A stretch of 64,000 bases of DNA from an uncultured Clostridia bacterium (GCA_947632195.1 CANROE010000004.1:31183-95182), one strand, 5' to 3'; positions 29,981 to 39,016 are shown, numbered from the stretch's first letter. The notes: generated from the sequence alone by a model not told the origin. Numbers and translations: made by a program.

Positions 29981-32937
29981 GAAAAAATCTCTTTGCGCTC
30001 TCCCTCATCTTGCCGCTGCTCTTTCTCTTTTCGGTATTCACCGCCGCAAAGACGGTCTCGCTCGGCGTGCAGGTGTCCGCAAACGGGATCGAGATCGTGG
30101 ACGCTCCCCAAAACGGCTACCGGATCGACATTTCCGCGCCCGAGGAGGAAATTCTCATCAAGGCAAAGGTGCTCCCCGAGGCGGCGTCCGATAGGGGCTA
30201 CACCCTCCGCGCGGAGGGGGACGCGGTCACGGTGAAAGACGGCCGTCTGCGGGCACAGAGCGTAGGAGAGGTGACCGTGGTCGCCGTCTCGCGGGACGGC
30301 GGCTTTACGGACAGCGTCAAAGTCGTCGTTTACGCCTCCGCGCCCTACGATCTGCGTTTTTCCCTGCACGGCGATCTTTCGCAGGAAAATTTGCTCGAAG
30401 AGCGGGCGGACGGCTATTTCGCCCGCCTCCCGACGGGAATGTATTCCTACTCCGCGCGGGCGGTCCCGAGCGGCGCGGCGCCCACCCTCTCCTCCTCCGA
30501 TTGCGCCTTTTTGGACCGCGCGGCAGGTACGCTCTTTTTGCCCTTCGGCGGGGAGCATACCTTAAATCTTTCCCTCGAAGGCAGTTTCAGAGGGGAAAAA
30601 TTCCCAATCGAAAAGAAGGTCACCCTTCTTGCCGAACAACTGAAAACGAGCTCGGGATTCGTGATCAACGGCGGCAACCCCGTGCTCAAAGCCGATCGGG
30701 CGAGTACGCAGCTCTCCTTTTTCATCGAGGGGGAGGAGACGCCCTCCGTCGCGCCCTGCGCGCAGATCGCGGGCAGCACCGTGGAACATCTCGGGGAAAA
30801 CCGCTACCGCGCCTCGATTGAATTGGACGGAGCGCGCGAGGATTTTTCCTTCTTTGTGCAAAACGGCTCGGGAGATAGGCGGGAGGAGGCGGAAGTCACC
30901 TTTGCCGATTTCGATTTCACCGTCCGCCCCGATCTGCCCGTGCAGACCGCCGAGCCGAGTATCCTTGTCGGAGAGCCCGTCGACTTTTACGCCGTTCCCG
31001 CGCTGCCTGCGGAGGGGGTGACCTATTCGTGGGAGACAGAGGGCGGCGCCGCGCTTACTCCCGCAGACGGCGTCTGCACCGTCACGGCGGAGGGGACGGG
31101 GGAGATCGTCTTGCGCGTGAAGGCGGCGCGCGGGGGAGAGACGCTCGCCGAAAAAGAGGTGCGCGTTTTCTGCGTGCGGCGGGTGCGGACGTTGCAGTTT
31201 GCCGACAGAACGGACTTGGGCCTTTCGCGCTGCCTCGTCGTGGCGGGAAACCGCTATGAGGGCGACCGGCTTGTCCCGAACGAATATCCACTCCATCCCG
31301 TGCTCACGGACGGGAACAGCGAGCTCTCGGGAACGGAGGACGTCGTCTTTTCCGTCTCGGACGAGGAGATCGCGCAGCTCGGATATCGGGACGGCGCGCC
31401 CGTCCTTGTTCCAAAAGGCAGGGGACAGGTCACAGTCTTTGCGGCGTGGCGGGGAAACGGTTCCTACGGCGGGGACGTGCGCGCCGAGCTCTCCCTCTTT
31501 GCGGCGGGCGGCGGCGTGGAGATCGCAACGAGCGGCGGGCTCTTCCGCGCGGAGCGGGAGGGGCGTGAGGCCGTTCTCATCAAAGATATCCTGCTCGGCA
31601 CGGACGAGAGCGGCGCCCCCCTTCCTGTGGAGGAGCGGGCAAAGCTGCTCGGCGAAATGCCCTCCACGTTCAACACCGCCTACTACCGGAACGCCACTAC
31701 GGAGCGCCCCGAAAACGCGAAAATCAAATACGGATTGGAGATCACGGCAAACATCTGCGGAAACGGCCATACGATCGACGCGGAGCTTTTCACGGCGGAA
31801 AAGGACGGCGCAGCGCCCCGTTTCTTTCGCGGGCCGCTCTGTTTCGTCAAATTCGGGCAGCTCGCTTCCGTCGCCGCGCAGGACAACGCCGCCTTCCTTG
31901 TGCGCACGGACGGGGTCGTCCTCAGCAATCTCACCCTGCTCGGCTGCGGGGACGGCGTCTTGCAGACGGAAAATGGTTACGATCTTTCACGCCTCAACAC
32001 GGTGGGGACGGTACTCGAACTCAACGCCGATTGCGCTCTTCTCAACTGCCGCGTGCGCAACGGAAGAACGGTCGTGCGCGCCTATGGAGGGAACAGGGAG
32101 GGCGACCGCTACTTTTCTCCCCGTCCCGCCGGCGAGGAGCGGATCCATGTGCGGATCGAGGGGTGCCATCTCTCGCAGGGCAGGGAATTTTTGCTCAAAC
32201 TCGGCGCAAACGCCGCCGTCCGCGCCGACGCGGAAAACGTCGAGCCCGATCTCCTCTCTTACGCGGTGGAGGACGGCCGCCTCGGCGACGAAACGTTTTA
32301 CCGCGACTGCGTCATGACGGACGTCACCCTCAAAGACAGCGTGCTGGAAACGAGCGGATTGTTCTGTATCGGGGTCGAGAGCAACTTTTCGGGGCCGCTG
32401 CTCGCTGCGGGCGGCGGAGGCGGATTCGACGGCTGGGCGGGGACGGGCGGCACTTCCTACGCCTCTTTTCTGCGTCTTGCGGGGGATGTGCGGCTGTACG
32501 ATTGGAAAGACGTCTCCCTCATCGACAGCTCTACGCTCATCGAGACCGAACTGCCCGAACTCAAATTGGATATTGCGGCCATGCTCTCCTTCGTCGCTTC
32601 CCGCGCGCCCGAAACTTACGGCGAACTCTTCGAGGAGGAGGGCGGAAAGCGGTATGTCCACGGCGGCATTGCCTTTTACGGCGGAGGGAAAAATTATTCC
32701 CTGCTCGAAGGGGCAGAGGAGGCGGGGCTCTCGGAATACTCCGTCAACCTGTCCGTTTTGGGCGAGGCGGAGGGAAACACGGGCTATCAGGGACAGATCC
32801 TGCCTGCGGCGGCGGGCACGCGGGATTTCCGTTTCTTTCTTTACGGGAAGAGCGGAAACAACAACCGCGCGGAGCAGCAAAGGCAGGCGCAGGAGGGCAG
32901 AAAGTACGAAAATATTTCCCCGCTTTCCCCCATGTGA
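29977..32937 (+). CDS. large exported protein with Ig-like (Big_2-type) repeats and a possible right-handed beta-helix C-terminal half
   Basis: 986 aa. N-terminal signal/anchor MRKNLFALSLILPLLFLFSVFTAA. Units such as ...AQSVGEVTVVAVSRDG, ...AEGTGEIVLRVKA and ...GRGQVTVFAAW look Ig-like. The ICGNGHTID and NLTLLGCGD motifs are weak evidence for a beta-helix. Confidence 0.6.
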   Translation: MRKNLFALSLILPLLFLFSVFTAAKTVSLGVQVSANGIEIVDAPQNGYRIDISAPEEEILIKAKVLPEAASDRGYTLRAEGDAVTVKDGRLRAQSVGEVTVVAVSRDGGFTDSVKVVVYASAPYDLRFSLHGDLSQENLLEERADGYFARLPTGMYSYSARAVPSGAAPTLSSSDCAFLDRAAGTLFLPFGGEHTLNLSLEGSFRGEKFPIEKKVTLLAEQLKTSSGFVINGGNPVLKADRASTQLSFFIEGEETPSVAPCAQIAGSTVEHLGENRYRASIELDGAREDFSFFVQNGSGDRREEAEVTFADFDFTVRPDLPVQTAEPSILVGEPVDFYAVPALPAEGVTYSWETEGGAALTPADGVCTVTAEGTGEIVLRVKAARGGETLAEKEVRVFCVRRVRTLQFADRTDLGLSRCLVVAGNRYEGDRLVPNEYPLHPVLTDGNSELSGTEDVVFSVSDEEIAQLGYRDGAPVLVPKGRGQVTVFAAWRGNGSYGGDVRAELSLFAAGGGVEIATSGGLFRAEREGREAVLIKDILLGTDESGAPLPVEERAKLLGEMPSTFNTAYYRNATTERPENAKIKYGLEITANICGNGHTIDAELFTAEKDGAAPRFFRGPLCFVKFGQLASVAAQDNAAFLVRTDGVVLSNLTLLGCGDGVLQTENGYDLSRLNTVGTVLELNADCALLNCRVRNGRTVVRAYGGNREGDRYFSPRPAGEERIHVRIEGCHLSQGREFLLKLGANAAVRADAENVEPDLLSYAVEDGRLGDETFYRDCVMTDVTLKDSVLETSGLFCIGVESNFSGPLLAAGGGGGFDGWAGTGGTSYASFLRLAGDVRLYDWKDVSLIDSSTLIETELPELKLDIAAMLSFVASRAPETYGELFEEEGGKRYVHGGIAFYGGGKNYSLLEGAEEAGLSEYSVNLSVLGEAEGNTGYQGQILPAAAGTRDFRFFLYGKSGNNNRAEQQRQAQEGRKYENISPLSPM

Positions 32938-32948
32938 GTTAAAATGAA

Positions 32949-32977
32949 TTGCAAAGCGCAAGACAAAATGGTATAAT
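32949..32977 (+). promoter_or_regulatory. sigma-A type promoter upstream of the MBL-fold gene
   Basis: TTGCAA (32949-32954), 17-nt spacer, TGgTATAAT (32969-32977). A leader of about 80 nt would precede the ATG at 33064. Confidence 0.55.
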
Positions 32978-33063
32978 GTTCCAAAAGCTGTCTTTCTGCG
33001 GCCGTTTCCGGCATATCGGCGCTCCGTTGCAGCGCCCGCAGTTCATTTACGGAGAGTATTGCC

Positions 33064-33846
33064 ATGAGAGTCAAGTGGTATGGCACGGCGTCCCTCCTCA
33101 TCGAAGCGGGAGGAACGCGCATTCTTGTCGATCCGTACCTGAAAAAATACAACCGCAAGCTGCCCCCTCTTCCCATAGAGGAAGGGGCGGGAGCCGACGC
33201 GGCGTTCATCACCCATCCGCACCTCGACCATTTCGCGGACGTCGGTGCCTTTCTCGCAAGGGGACTGCCCAAAGTGTTCGTCTGCGAGCGGGGGATCGCC
33301 ATTGCCCGTGAAAACGGCATTCCGGACGGACGGATGATCCCCCTTGCCGCCAACGAAAAAGTCACGGTGGGGGAGATCACCGTACATACCTTTCAAAGCC
33401 GCCACTGTCAATTCGACGCGGCGACCGTCCTCTCCGTCGCGCTCGATCCCTCCACCTATCTCTTCCATTTCAGGGACGGCGTGGAACTGCTCAAAGGGAC
33501 GAAAAAGTTCCGCATCTCCGAACAGGACATCTTTGCGCTTGAATTTTCCGCCGAGGGCAAAAAGATCATGGTGCTCGGCTCCGCAGGCGTCGAAGAGGAC
33601 ACCGAATACCCCGACGGGGCAGATCTTCTCGTCTTTCCCTTTCAGGGAAGGGCGCGCATGCACAGATATATGATCCCGTTTCTCAAAGAATTTTCGCCGA
33701 AAGCGGTGATGATCGATCACTTCGACGACGCTTTCCCGCCCCTTACCCACAGGGTGAATACGAAAAAATTCGAGGCAACGGTAAACAAATATCTTCCCGG
33801 GGCGAAGGCGATCGTCCCCATGGAAGGGGAATGGTACGAGGTATGA
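33064..33846 (+). CDS. MBL-fold metallo-hydrolase
   Basis: 260 aa with the THPHLDHF (HxHxDH) motif. Confidence 0.8.
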   Translation: MRVKWYGTASLLIEAGGTRILVDPYLKKYNRKLPPLPIEEGAGADAAFITHPHLDHFADVGAFLARGLPKVFVCERGIAIARENGIPDGRMIPLAANEKVTVGEITVHTFQSRHCQFDAATVLSVALDPSTYLFHFRDGVELLKGTKKFRISEQDIFALEFSAEGKKIMVLGSAGVEEDTEYPDGADLLVFPFQGRARMHRYMIPFLKEFSPKAVMIDHFDDAFPPLTHRVNTKKFEATVNKYLPGAKAIVPMEGEWYEV

Positions 33847-34292
33847 CGAGAGCGGAACAGGCAAAGCAAAATTTTCTCACGGGGGATACCTGCGCGCAGG
33901 CCGTGCTCCTCGCGTTTGCGGGCGATCTGAACGCCGACTGCGGACTTCTCAGGGATATTTCCCGTCCCTTCGGCGGGGGAATGGGGAGGCTGCGGCTGAC
34001 TTGCGGCGGCGTATCGGGCGGCGTGATGGCGCTCGGGCTCTTTTTTCCCGACCTCACAAAGAGCGAACTTTACGCCCTCGTGCAGGAGTATGCGCGCCGC
34101 TATTCCGCCCGTTTCGGGAGCTGTATCTGCGGGGAGCTGCTCGCGGGTGCGGGTGTGCGTGCGGATACTTCCGTGCAAGCCGAACCCCGTACGCCCGAAT
34201 ATTACAAAAAACGTCCCTGTCCCGAGCTCGTGTACGGGGCGGCGGAGATCCTCGAAGAGCTCCTGAAAGAACACGGCATTCCCCTGTCCTGA
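33843..34292 (+). CDS. C_GCAxxG_C_C family protein
   Basis: The ATG overlaps the upstream stop (ATGA). The motif series is GDTCAQAVLLAF ... GGGMG ... TCGGVSGGVMALG ... CGELL. Confidence 0.7.
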   Translation: MTRAEQAKQNFLTGDTCAQAVLLAFAGDLNADCGLLRDISRPFGGGMGRLRLTCGGVSGGVMALGLFFPDLTKSELYALVQEYARRYSARFGSCICGELLAGAGVRADTSVQAEPRTPEYYKKRPCPELVYGAAEILEELLKEHGIPLS

Positions 34293-34570
34293 TGGTGTGA
34301 CGAATTGTCCACGCCCTTAGTTCCCCCTCCATCGGAGGGGGTTTTGCATAAGACCTGCCCCCACTTGTGGGGGCGGGTGGCGAGCAAAGCGAGACAGGTG
34401 GGGGTTCCTTGCTGTCCCTGAAAGGGAAAGTGGCGCGTAAGCGCCGAAAGGGTTCTCGAAAACCCCTCAGTCACTTCGTGACAGCTCCCCTATGAGGGGC
34501 GCCGAGTTCCCTTCTTTCACTTGCTTTTTCTTCCTCAATAAAAACCTTCCCGTCTGCGCATACTCCGTAT
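34293..34570. repeat. intergenic repeat modules T-P-R-Q
   Basis: Module T is at ~34323-34343, P at 34352-34404, R at 34407-34454 and Q at 34463-34506. Confidence 0.85.
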
Positions 34571-34969
34571 ATGAAGAAAATTTTTTGCACGCTCGGGCTT
34601 TTGTGCGTCCTTCTCTTTGCGGGGTGCGATGTGGAGGAAATGAGCAGCCTCCGCGATATTTCCCGCCCGTATGCGGGGGAATACAAGTGTCAAAAACTGT
34701 CTTTGGGGGGCGAGGATATGCTCTCCCGCTTTGACTATCTCAAACTCGACCTCCGCGCCTCCGGCGATTTTACGCTGAAATATGCGGATACGGAAGAGGG
34801 GAAGGGAGAATATTCGGGCAAGTACGAGATGAAGGAGGACGCGATCATCTTCCGCGCGGACGCGGGCGGGGAAGAAAAGAGCTATCCGTTCCGCTACGAA
34901 AAGGGCGCCGTGATCATCGAGCTCCCGTTCGGCGGCAAGCTGCTCCTGGCGGAATTCCGCACGGGATAA
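34571..34969 (+). CDS. hypothetical lipoprotein
   Basis: 132 aa with signal peptide and lipobox MKKIFCTLGLLCVLLFAGC. Confidence 0.65.
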   Translation: MKKIFCTLGLLCVLLFAGCDVEEMSSLRDISRPYAGEYKCQKLSLGGEDMLSRFDYLKLDLRASGDFTLKYADTEEGKGEYSGKYEMKEDAIIFRADAGGEEKSYPFRYEKGAVIIELPFGGKLLLAEFRTG

Positions 34970-35007
34970 AGCGTCAAAAAGAAAAACCGCAAAAAAAGCT
35001 GAATGGA

Positions 35008-35030
35008 AAGCCGCCCCGTGGCGGTTTTTT
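35008..35030 (+). terminator. weak rho-independent terminator
   Basis: AGCCGCC-ccgt-GGCGGTT followed by TTTTT. Confidence 0.4.
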
Positions 35031-35096
35031 CATGGCCGTTTTTTTAAAGAAAGAAGGAAAATTTCCGCATTTCCCGCACATATTCTTGTGAATCGA

Positions 35097-35125
35097 TTGA
35101 CAGAGGCAACAAAATATAGTATAAT
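35097..35125 (+). promoter_or_regulatory. sigma-A type promoter of rny
   Basis: TTGACA (35097-35102), 17-nt spacer, TATAAT (35120-35125). Confidence 0.6.
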
Positions 35126-35206
35126 GCTCTCGACAATGTCTAATTATGCCCTTTTCGGGGGCGTCTTAGAATAGAAGTCGAAATTATCATACAAGGAGGC
35201 TAACAT

Positions 35207-36823
35207 ATGAACTCATTTGTCAGCCTGCTCCTTGATATGAGCGTAGGACTTGCCGCAGGGCTGTTTGTCGTGTTCCTCGTTGTGGGACTCGGTATCGGCG
35301 GCGTTGTCACATGGCTCATTCTCAAACAAGTTTCCAAGAAGAGAAATGCACAAAAACTCGACGAAACGTCGCAGAAAGTGGAAGAAATGCTTGCAAAAGC
35401 CAAAGACGATTGCAAACAGTTGAAACGGGAAACGATTTTAGAGGCAAAGGAACAGGTAGAAAAGCGAAGAAACGAATTTGAACAGGAGATGCGGGAAAAA
35501 CGCTCCGAACAGCAGCGGCAGGAGGCCCGCCTCAACAAGCAGGAGGACCAGCTCGAAAAGCGGGAGACGGAAATTTCCCGCAAGGAGCAGTCCCTCGAAG
35601 ACCAGAGGAAGAACCTTGTCAAAAAGACCGAAGAGGTCGACAAGATGCAGGAGCAAGTCTCCCATCAGCAGGAGCTCATGACGCAGGAGCTCGAACGCAT
35701 TGCCCAGCTCACCCGCGAAGAGGCGAAAAAGCAGCTCACCGACGAAATTCTCGAAGAGACCCGCCGCGACTGCGCGGTGCAGGTGCGCAATTTGGAGGCG
35801 CAGGCGAAGGAAGAGGCGGACATGAACGCCAAAAACATCATCTCTCTCGCCATCCAGCGCTGCGCGTCCGACCATGCGTCCGAGAGCACGGTGTCGGTGG
35901 TGCCCCTTCCCAATGACGACATGAAGGCGCGTATCATCGGCAGAGAGGGCAGGAACATCCGCGCGATCGAGAACGCGACGGGCATCGAGCTCGTCATCGA
36001 CGATACGCCCGAAGTTGTCATTCTGTCGGGATTCGACCCCGTGAGAAGGGAGATCGCCCGTCTCACCCTCGAAAAGCTCATCTCGGACGGCAGGATCCAT
36101 CCCGCCCGTATCGAGGAGACGGTGGAAAAAGTCACAAAAGAGCTCGACCAGCAGATCAAGGCGGCGGGCGAGAACGCGATGTTCGAGGTGGGCATCTTCG
36201 GCCTTCATCCCGAGCTCATCAAACTCATCGGGCGGCTCAAATTCCGCACAAGTTACGGCCAGAACGTTTACCGCCATTCCATTGAGGTGGCGCAGCTCGC
36301 GGGGCTCATGGCGCAGGAGCTGGGGCTCGACGTCAATTTCGCAAAGCGCGCGGGACTTCTGCACGACATCGGCAAGGCGGTCGATCACGAGCAAGAGGGC
36401 ACCCATATCCAGCTCGGCGCCGATCTTGCGAAGAAGTATAAAGAAAATGCGATGATCGTCAACGCCATCATGGCGCACCACGGCGACGTGGAGCCCAAGA
36501 CGATCGAGGCGATCTTGGTACAGGCGGCCGACGGCATTTCGGGCGCGCGGCCCGGGGCACGGAGAGAGACGGGCGCGGGCTATGTCAAGCGGCTGGAAAA
36601 GCTCGAAGAGATCGCGTCCTCCTTCAAGGGCGTGGACAAGAGCTACGCGATCCAGGCGGGCAGAGAGGTCCGCGTCATCGTAAAGCCGGAAATGATAGAC
36701 GACGCGCAGGCGCTCTTCCTTGCAAAGGACATCGCGAAGAAGATCGAAACGGAGCTCGAATATCCGGGGCAGATCAAGGTGAACGTCATCCGCGAATTCC
36801 GCAGTGTGGAATACGCGAAGTAA
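35207..36823 (+). CDS. rny: ribonuclease Y
   Basis: 538 aa. It has an N-terminal TM helix, a charged coiled-coil, a KH domain ([13 protein letters not shown]) and an HD domain (LLHDIGKA). Confidence 0.95.
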   Translation: MNSFVSLLLDMSVGLAAGLFVVFLVVGLGIGGVVTWLILKQVSKKRNAQKLDETSQKVEEMLAKAKDDCKQLKRETILEAKEQVEKRRNEFEQEMREKRSEQQRQEARLNKQEDQLEKRETEISRKEQSLEDQRKNLVKKTEEVDKMQEQVSHQQELMTQELERIAQLTREEAKKQLTDEILEETRRDCAVQVRNLEAQAKEEADMNAKNIISLAIQRCASDHASESTVSVVPLPNDDMKARIIGREGRNIRAIENATGIELVIDDTPEVVILSGFDPVRREIARLTLEKLISDGRIHPARIEETVEKVTKELDQQIKAAGENAMFEVGIFGLHPELIKLIGRLKFRTSYGQNVYRHSIEVAQLAGLMAQELGLDVNFAKRAGLLHDIGKAVDHEQEGTHIQLGADLAKKYKENAMIVNAIMAHHGDVEPKTIEAILVQAADGISGARPGARRETGAGYVKRLEKLEEIASSFKGVDKSYAIQAGREVRVIVKPEMIDDAQALFLAKDIAKKIETELEYPGQIKVNVIREFRSVEYAK

Positions 36824-36845
36824 TTGAAATGAAAAAGCACAAAAG

Positions 36846-36872
36846 CGGCGGGAACATTCTCCCGCCGTTTTT
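36846..36872 (+). terminator. rho-independent terminator after rny
   Basis: CGGCGGGA-acattc-TCCCGCCG followed by TTTTT. Confidence 0.7.
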
Positions 36873-36903
36873 ATGTTGCGAATTTTTGAAAGGCTCTTTC
36901 AAA

Positions 36904-37250
36904 GCGTCATGCTGAGCCGTAAAGTTGGTACGCAGTCCGTAGGAGCAAGTCCGCGAAGGCATCTTGGTACGTTTGGGTGTGGTTTTAAGCGTACTTGGAC
37001 GTAGCAAGATTCCCTCGGGAAATTGCCATGTCGGACTTTGTTATTGCTTTATCGGCTCGGAATGACGCGGTCGGGCGGATTGACGCGGGCAACGAGCAGT
37101 GTGTGTACATGCGTCATGCTGAGCCGTAAAGTTGGTACGCAGTCCGTAGGAGCAAGTCCGCGAAGGCATCTTGGTACGTTTGGGTGTGGTTTTAAGCGTA
37201 CTTGGACGTAGCAAGATTCCCTCGGAGACTTTCCATGTCGAACTTTATTC
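36904..37250 (+). repeat. two direct copies of a ~115-140-bp element (period 207 bp)
   Basis: GCGTCATGCTGAGCCGTAAAGTTGGTACGCAGTCCGTAGGAGCAAGTCCGCGAAGGCATCTTGGTACGTTTGGGTGTGGTTTTAAGCGTACTTGGACGTAGCAAGATTCCCTCGG starts at 36904 and again at 37111. The copies are near-identical over about 115 nt. Confidence 0.9.
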
Positions 37251-37414
37251 TTTCCGTTACGGCTACTTCGCCTACGGCTCGTGCCGCGCTTAGGGAATCA
37301 GAACCGCGCGCGGGGCGGAATGACGCGCTTACGGGCGGCGCACCTCTTTTCGGCGTTTGGGCATACACTGTTAGTGCGGAAATCTCCGTAAATTTTTACG
37401 ACAGAGGTCTAACT

Positions 37415-37759
37415 ATGTGTAATACCTGCAATTCCTGCGGACAGTGTAACGGCTGCCGGAACCAAAACACCTGTAACGGCTGCAACAACGGTTACGATCC
37501 GCTCCTTGCCGCGCTCACCAATCTCTTTACCCCGCTTAGCGGCTGCGGTTGCGGCAATCTCTATTTCGTGCAGAATCTCGGCGCGGTGCAGACGCGCGGC
37601 GGCAACAACGGCTACGGACAGAACAACGGCTGTGGTTGCAACAACGGCTGTGGTTGCAACAACGGCTGCGGCTGCAACAACGGCTGCGGCTGTGGCTGCG
37701 GGAATACCTATGACGCATACTATGTGCGTCAATATGCACTCGGCTGCTGCAACGGATAA
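37415..37759 (+). CDS. 114-aa Cys/Gly/Asn-rich protein, function unknown
   Basis: SD AGAGG lies 7 nt upstream of the internal ATG of track ORF 37202..37759, and the gene has its own terminator. It contains 21 Cys. The N-terminus has a CxxC series and the C-terminus has (NNGCGC)x4. Confidence 0.65.
   Translation: MCNTCNSCGQCNGCRNQNTCNGCNNGYDPLLAALTNLFTPLSGCGCGNLYFVQNLGAVQTRGGNNGYGQNNGCGCNNGCGCNNGCGCNNGCGCGCGNTYDAYYVRQYALGCCNG
37604..37699 (+). repeat. 18-bp in-frame tandem repeat inside the Cys-rich gene
   Basis: AACAACGGCTG(T/C)GG(T/C)TG(C/T) occurs x4 at 37622-37693. A degenerate copy lies at 37604-37621 and a GGCTGC tail follows. Confidence 0.9.
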
Positions 37760-37780
37760 TTTTACGGTCTGCGGATCGGG

Positions 37781-37807
37781 AGGCGAGGGATTTTCCTCGC
37801 CTTTTTC
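37781..37807 (+). terminator. rho-independent terminator after the Cys-rich gene
   Basis: AGGCGAGG-gatttt-CCTCGCCT followed by TTTT. Confidence 0.7.
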
Positions 37808-37864
37808 GGTTGTGAAACGTGTCGGGGCGGGTGAAAAATTTTTTATTTTCTTTTCCGAAATTTC

Positions 37865-37893
37865 TTGCAAAGCGAAGGGGGAAATGCTATAAT
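37865..37893 (+). promoter_or_regulatory. sigma-A type promoter of the YitT-family gene
   Basis: TTGCAA (37865-37870), 17-nt spacer, TATAAT (37888-37893). Confidence 0.6.
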
Positions 37894-37915
37894 AAGCGGC
37901 GGAACGGGGGATAAC

Positions 37916-38968
37916 ATGAAACTCACCAAACCGAAAAAACCCACAAAGGCCCAAGTTAAGAAGTTTGTCGTCTATTGGCTCATCGTTGTTTTTGGAAACG
38001 CGCTCGCTGCGGCGGGATCGGCGTTTTTTATTGTCCCGAACCACCTCGTCATGGGCGGTACGACGGGCGTCGGTATCTTTGTCCGCAACCTGCTTGCGAA
38101 GAACGCCTCGGTCAGCGCGCAATGGACGGATTGGATCGTCAACATCACGGTCTATACGGCGAACATCATTCTCTTTGCGATCGGCGCCGTGCTTCTGGGC
38201 AAAAAATTTGCGGCGGCGACCTTAGCCGGAACGCTGCTTTACCCCTCGTTTATGAGTATGTACACCCTCATCAGCGGCGGGCAACCGCTCGTAGACGACA
38301 AGATCTTGGCGGTCGTTGTGGGGGCGCTCATCTTCGGCGCGGGCGTTGCCATCGTCGTGCGCGTGGGCGCCAGCACGGGCGGTACCGATATCCCGCCTCT
38401 CATTTTCAATAAATTTTTCGGCTGGCCCGTTTCGGTCACGATGTGGTGTTTAGACGCGTCCATCGTGCTGTTACAGCTCTTTGTCACGGATGTGGAGGCA
38501 GTGCTCTACGGCATCATCATCTGCCTCATTTCTTCCTTCGTCATCGAAAAACTTTCTCCTATCGGCAGAAAAAAGACGCAGGTGAAGATCGTCAGCAAAA
38601 AGTACCGCGACATCCGGGCGATGATCCTCAACGACCTCAACCGCGGCGTCACCGTGCTCTACGGCCAGACGGGCTATCTCAAAGAGCGGTGCCATATGAT
38701 CCTCACGATCGTAAGTAACCGCGAGCTCGTCAAACTCAAAAACAAGGTGCAGGCGATCGATCCCGAGGCGTTTATGACCATTTCCGTCGTCTCCGAAGTG
38801 CGGGGCAGGGGATTCAGCTCGGAGGGGATCCGCCTTCCGAAGGAACTCGAAGTCAAGGACGACGGAGAACCCGAAGAGACGTCCGAAAACGCCGCGCAAG
38901 CTCCCGAAGGGACGCCCGCCGCGCCCGACGTGCCGCAGACGCCCGCTCGGACTCCCGAAAAACCTTGA
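37916..38968 (+). CDS. YitT family (DUF2179-containing) membrane protein with a Pro/Glu/Ala-rich C-terminal tail
   Basis: Starts at the internal ATG. The TM region contains GGTTGV and GASTGGTD motifs, followed by a DUF2179-like soluble domain (RGVTVLYGQTGY...). Confidence 0.75.
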   Translation: MKLTKPKKPTKAQVKKFVVYWLIVVFGNALAAAGSAFFIVPNHLVMGGTTGVGIFVRNLLAKNASVSAQWTDWIVNITVYTANIILFAIGAVLLGKKFAAATLAGTLLYPSFMSMYTLISGGQPLVDDKILAVVVGALIFGAGVAIVVRVGASTGGTDIPPLIFNKFFGWPVSVTMWCLDASIVLLQLFVTDVEAVLYGIIICLISSFVIEKLSPIGRKKTQVKIVSKKYRDIRAMILNDLNRGVTVLYGQTGYLKERCHMILTIVSNRELVKLKNKVQAIDPEAFMTISVVSEVRGRGFSSEGIRLPKELEVKDDGEPEETSENAAQAPEGTPAAPDVPQTPARTPEKP

Positions 38969-38972
38969 ATGC

Positions 38973-38998
38973 AAGCTCTCCCGCCGGGAGAGCTTTTT
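38973..38998 (+). terminator. rho-independent terminator
   Basis: AAGCTCTCCC-gcc-GGGAGAGCTT followed by TTT. Confidence 0.7.
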
Positions 38999-39016
38999 CA
39001 AATATGTAAAATTTTC

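Noticed and set aside
37202-37414. N-terminal 71-aa extension of the Cys-rich ORF as given in the track (185 aa)
   Set aside because: The extension reads through the direct repeat and a dispersed module and has no SD. The internal ATG 37415 has a properly spaced AGAGG.
37415-37759. The Cys-rich ORF as a RiPP precursor (lanthipeptide, sactipeptide or ranthipeptide type)
   Set aside because: No radical-SAM enzyme, LanB/C/M, cyclodehydratase, dedicated protease or transporter is adjacent; the neighbours are rny and a YitT-family gene. No leader/core organisation is evident. A structural or metal-binding role seems more parsimonious.
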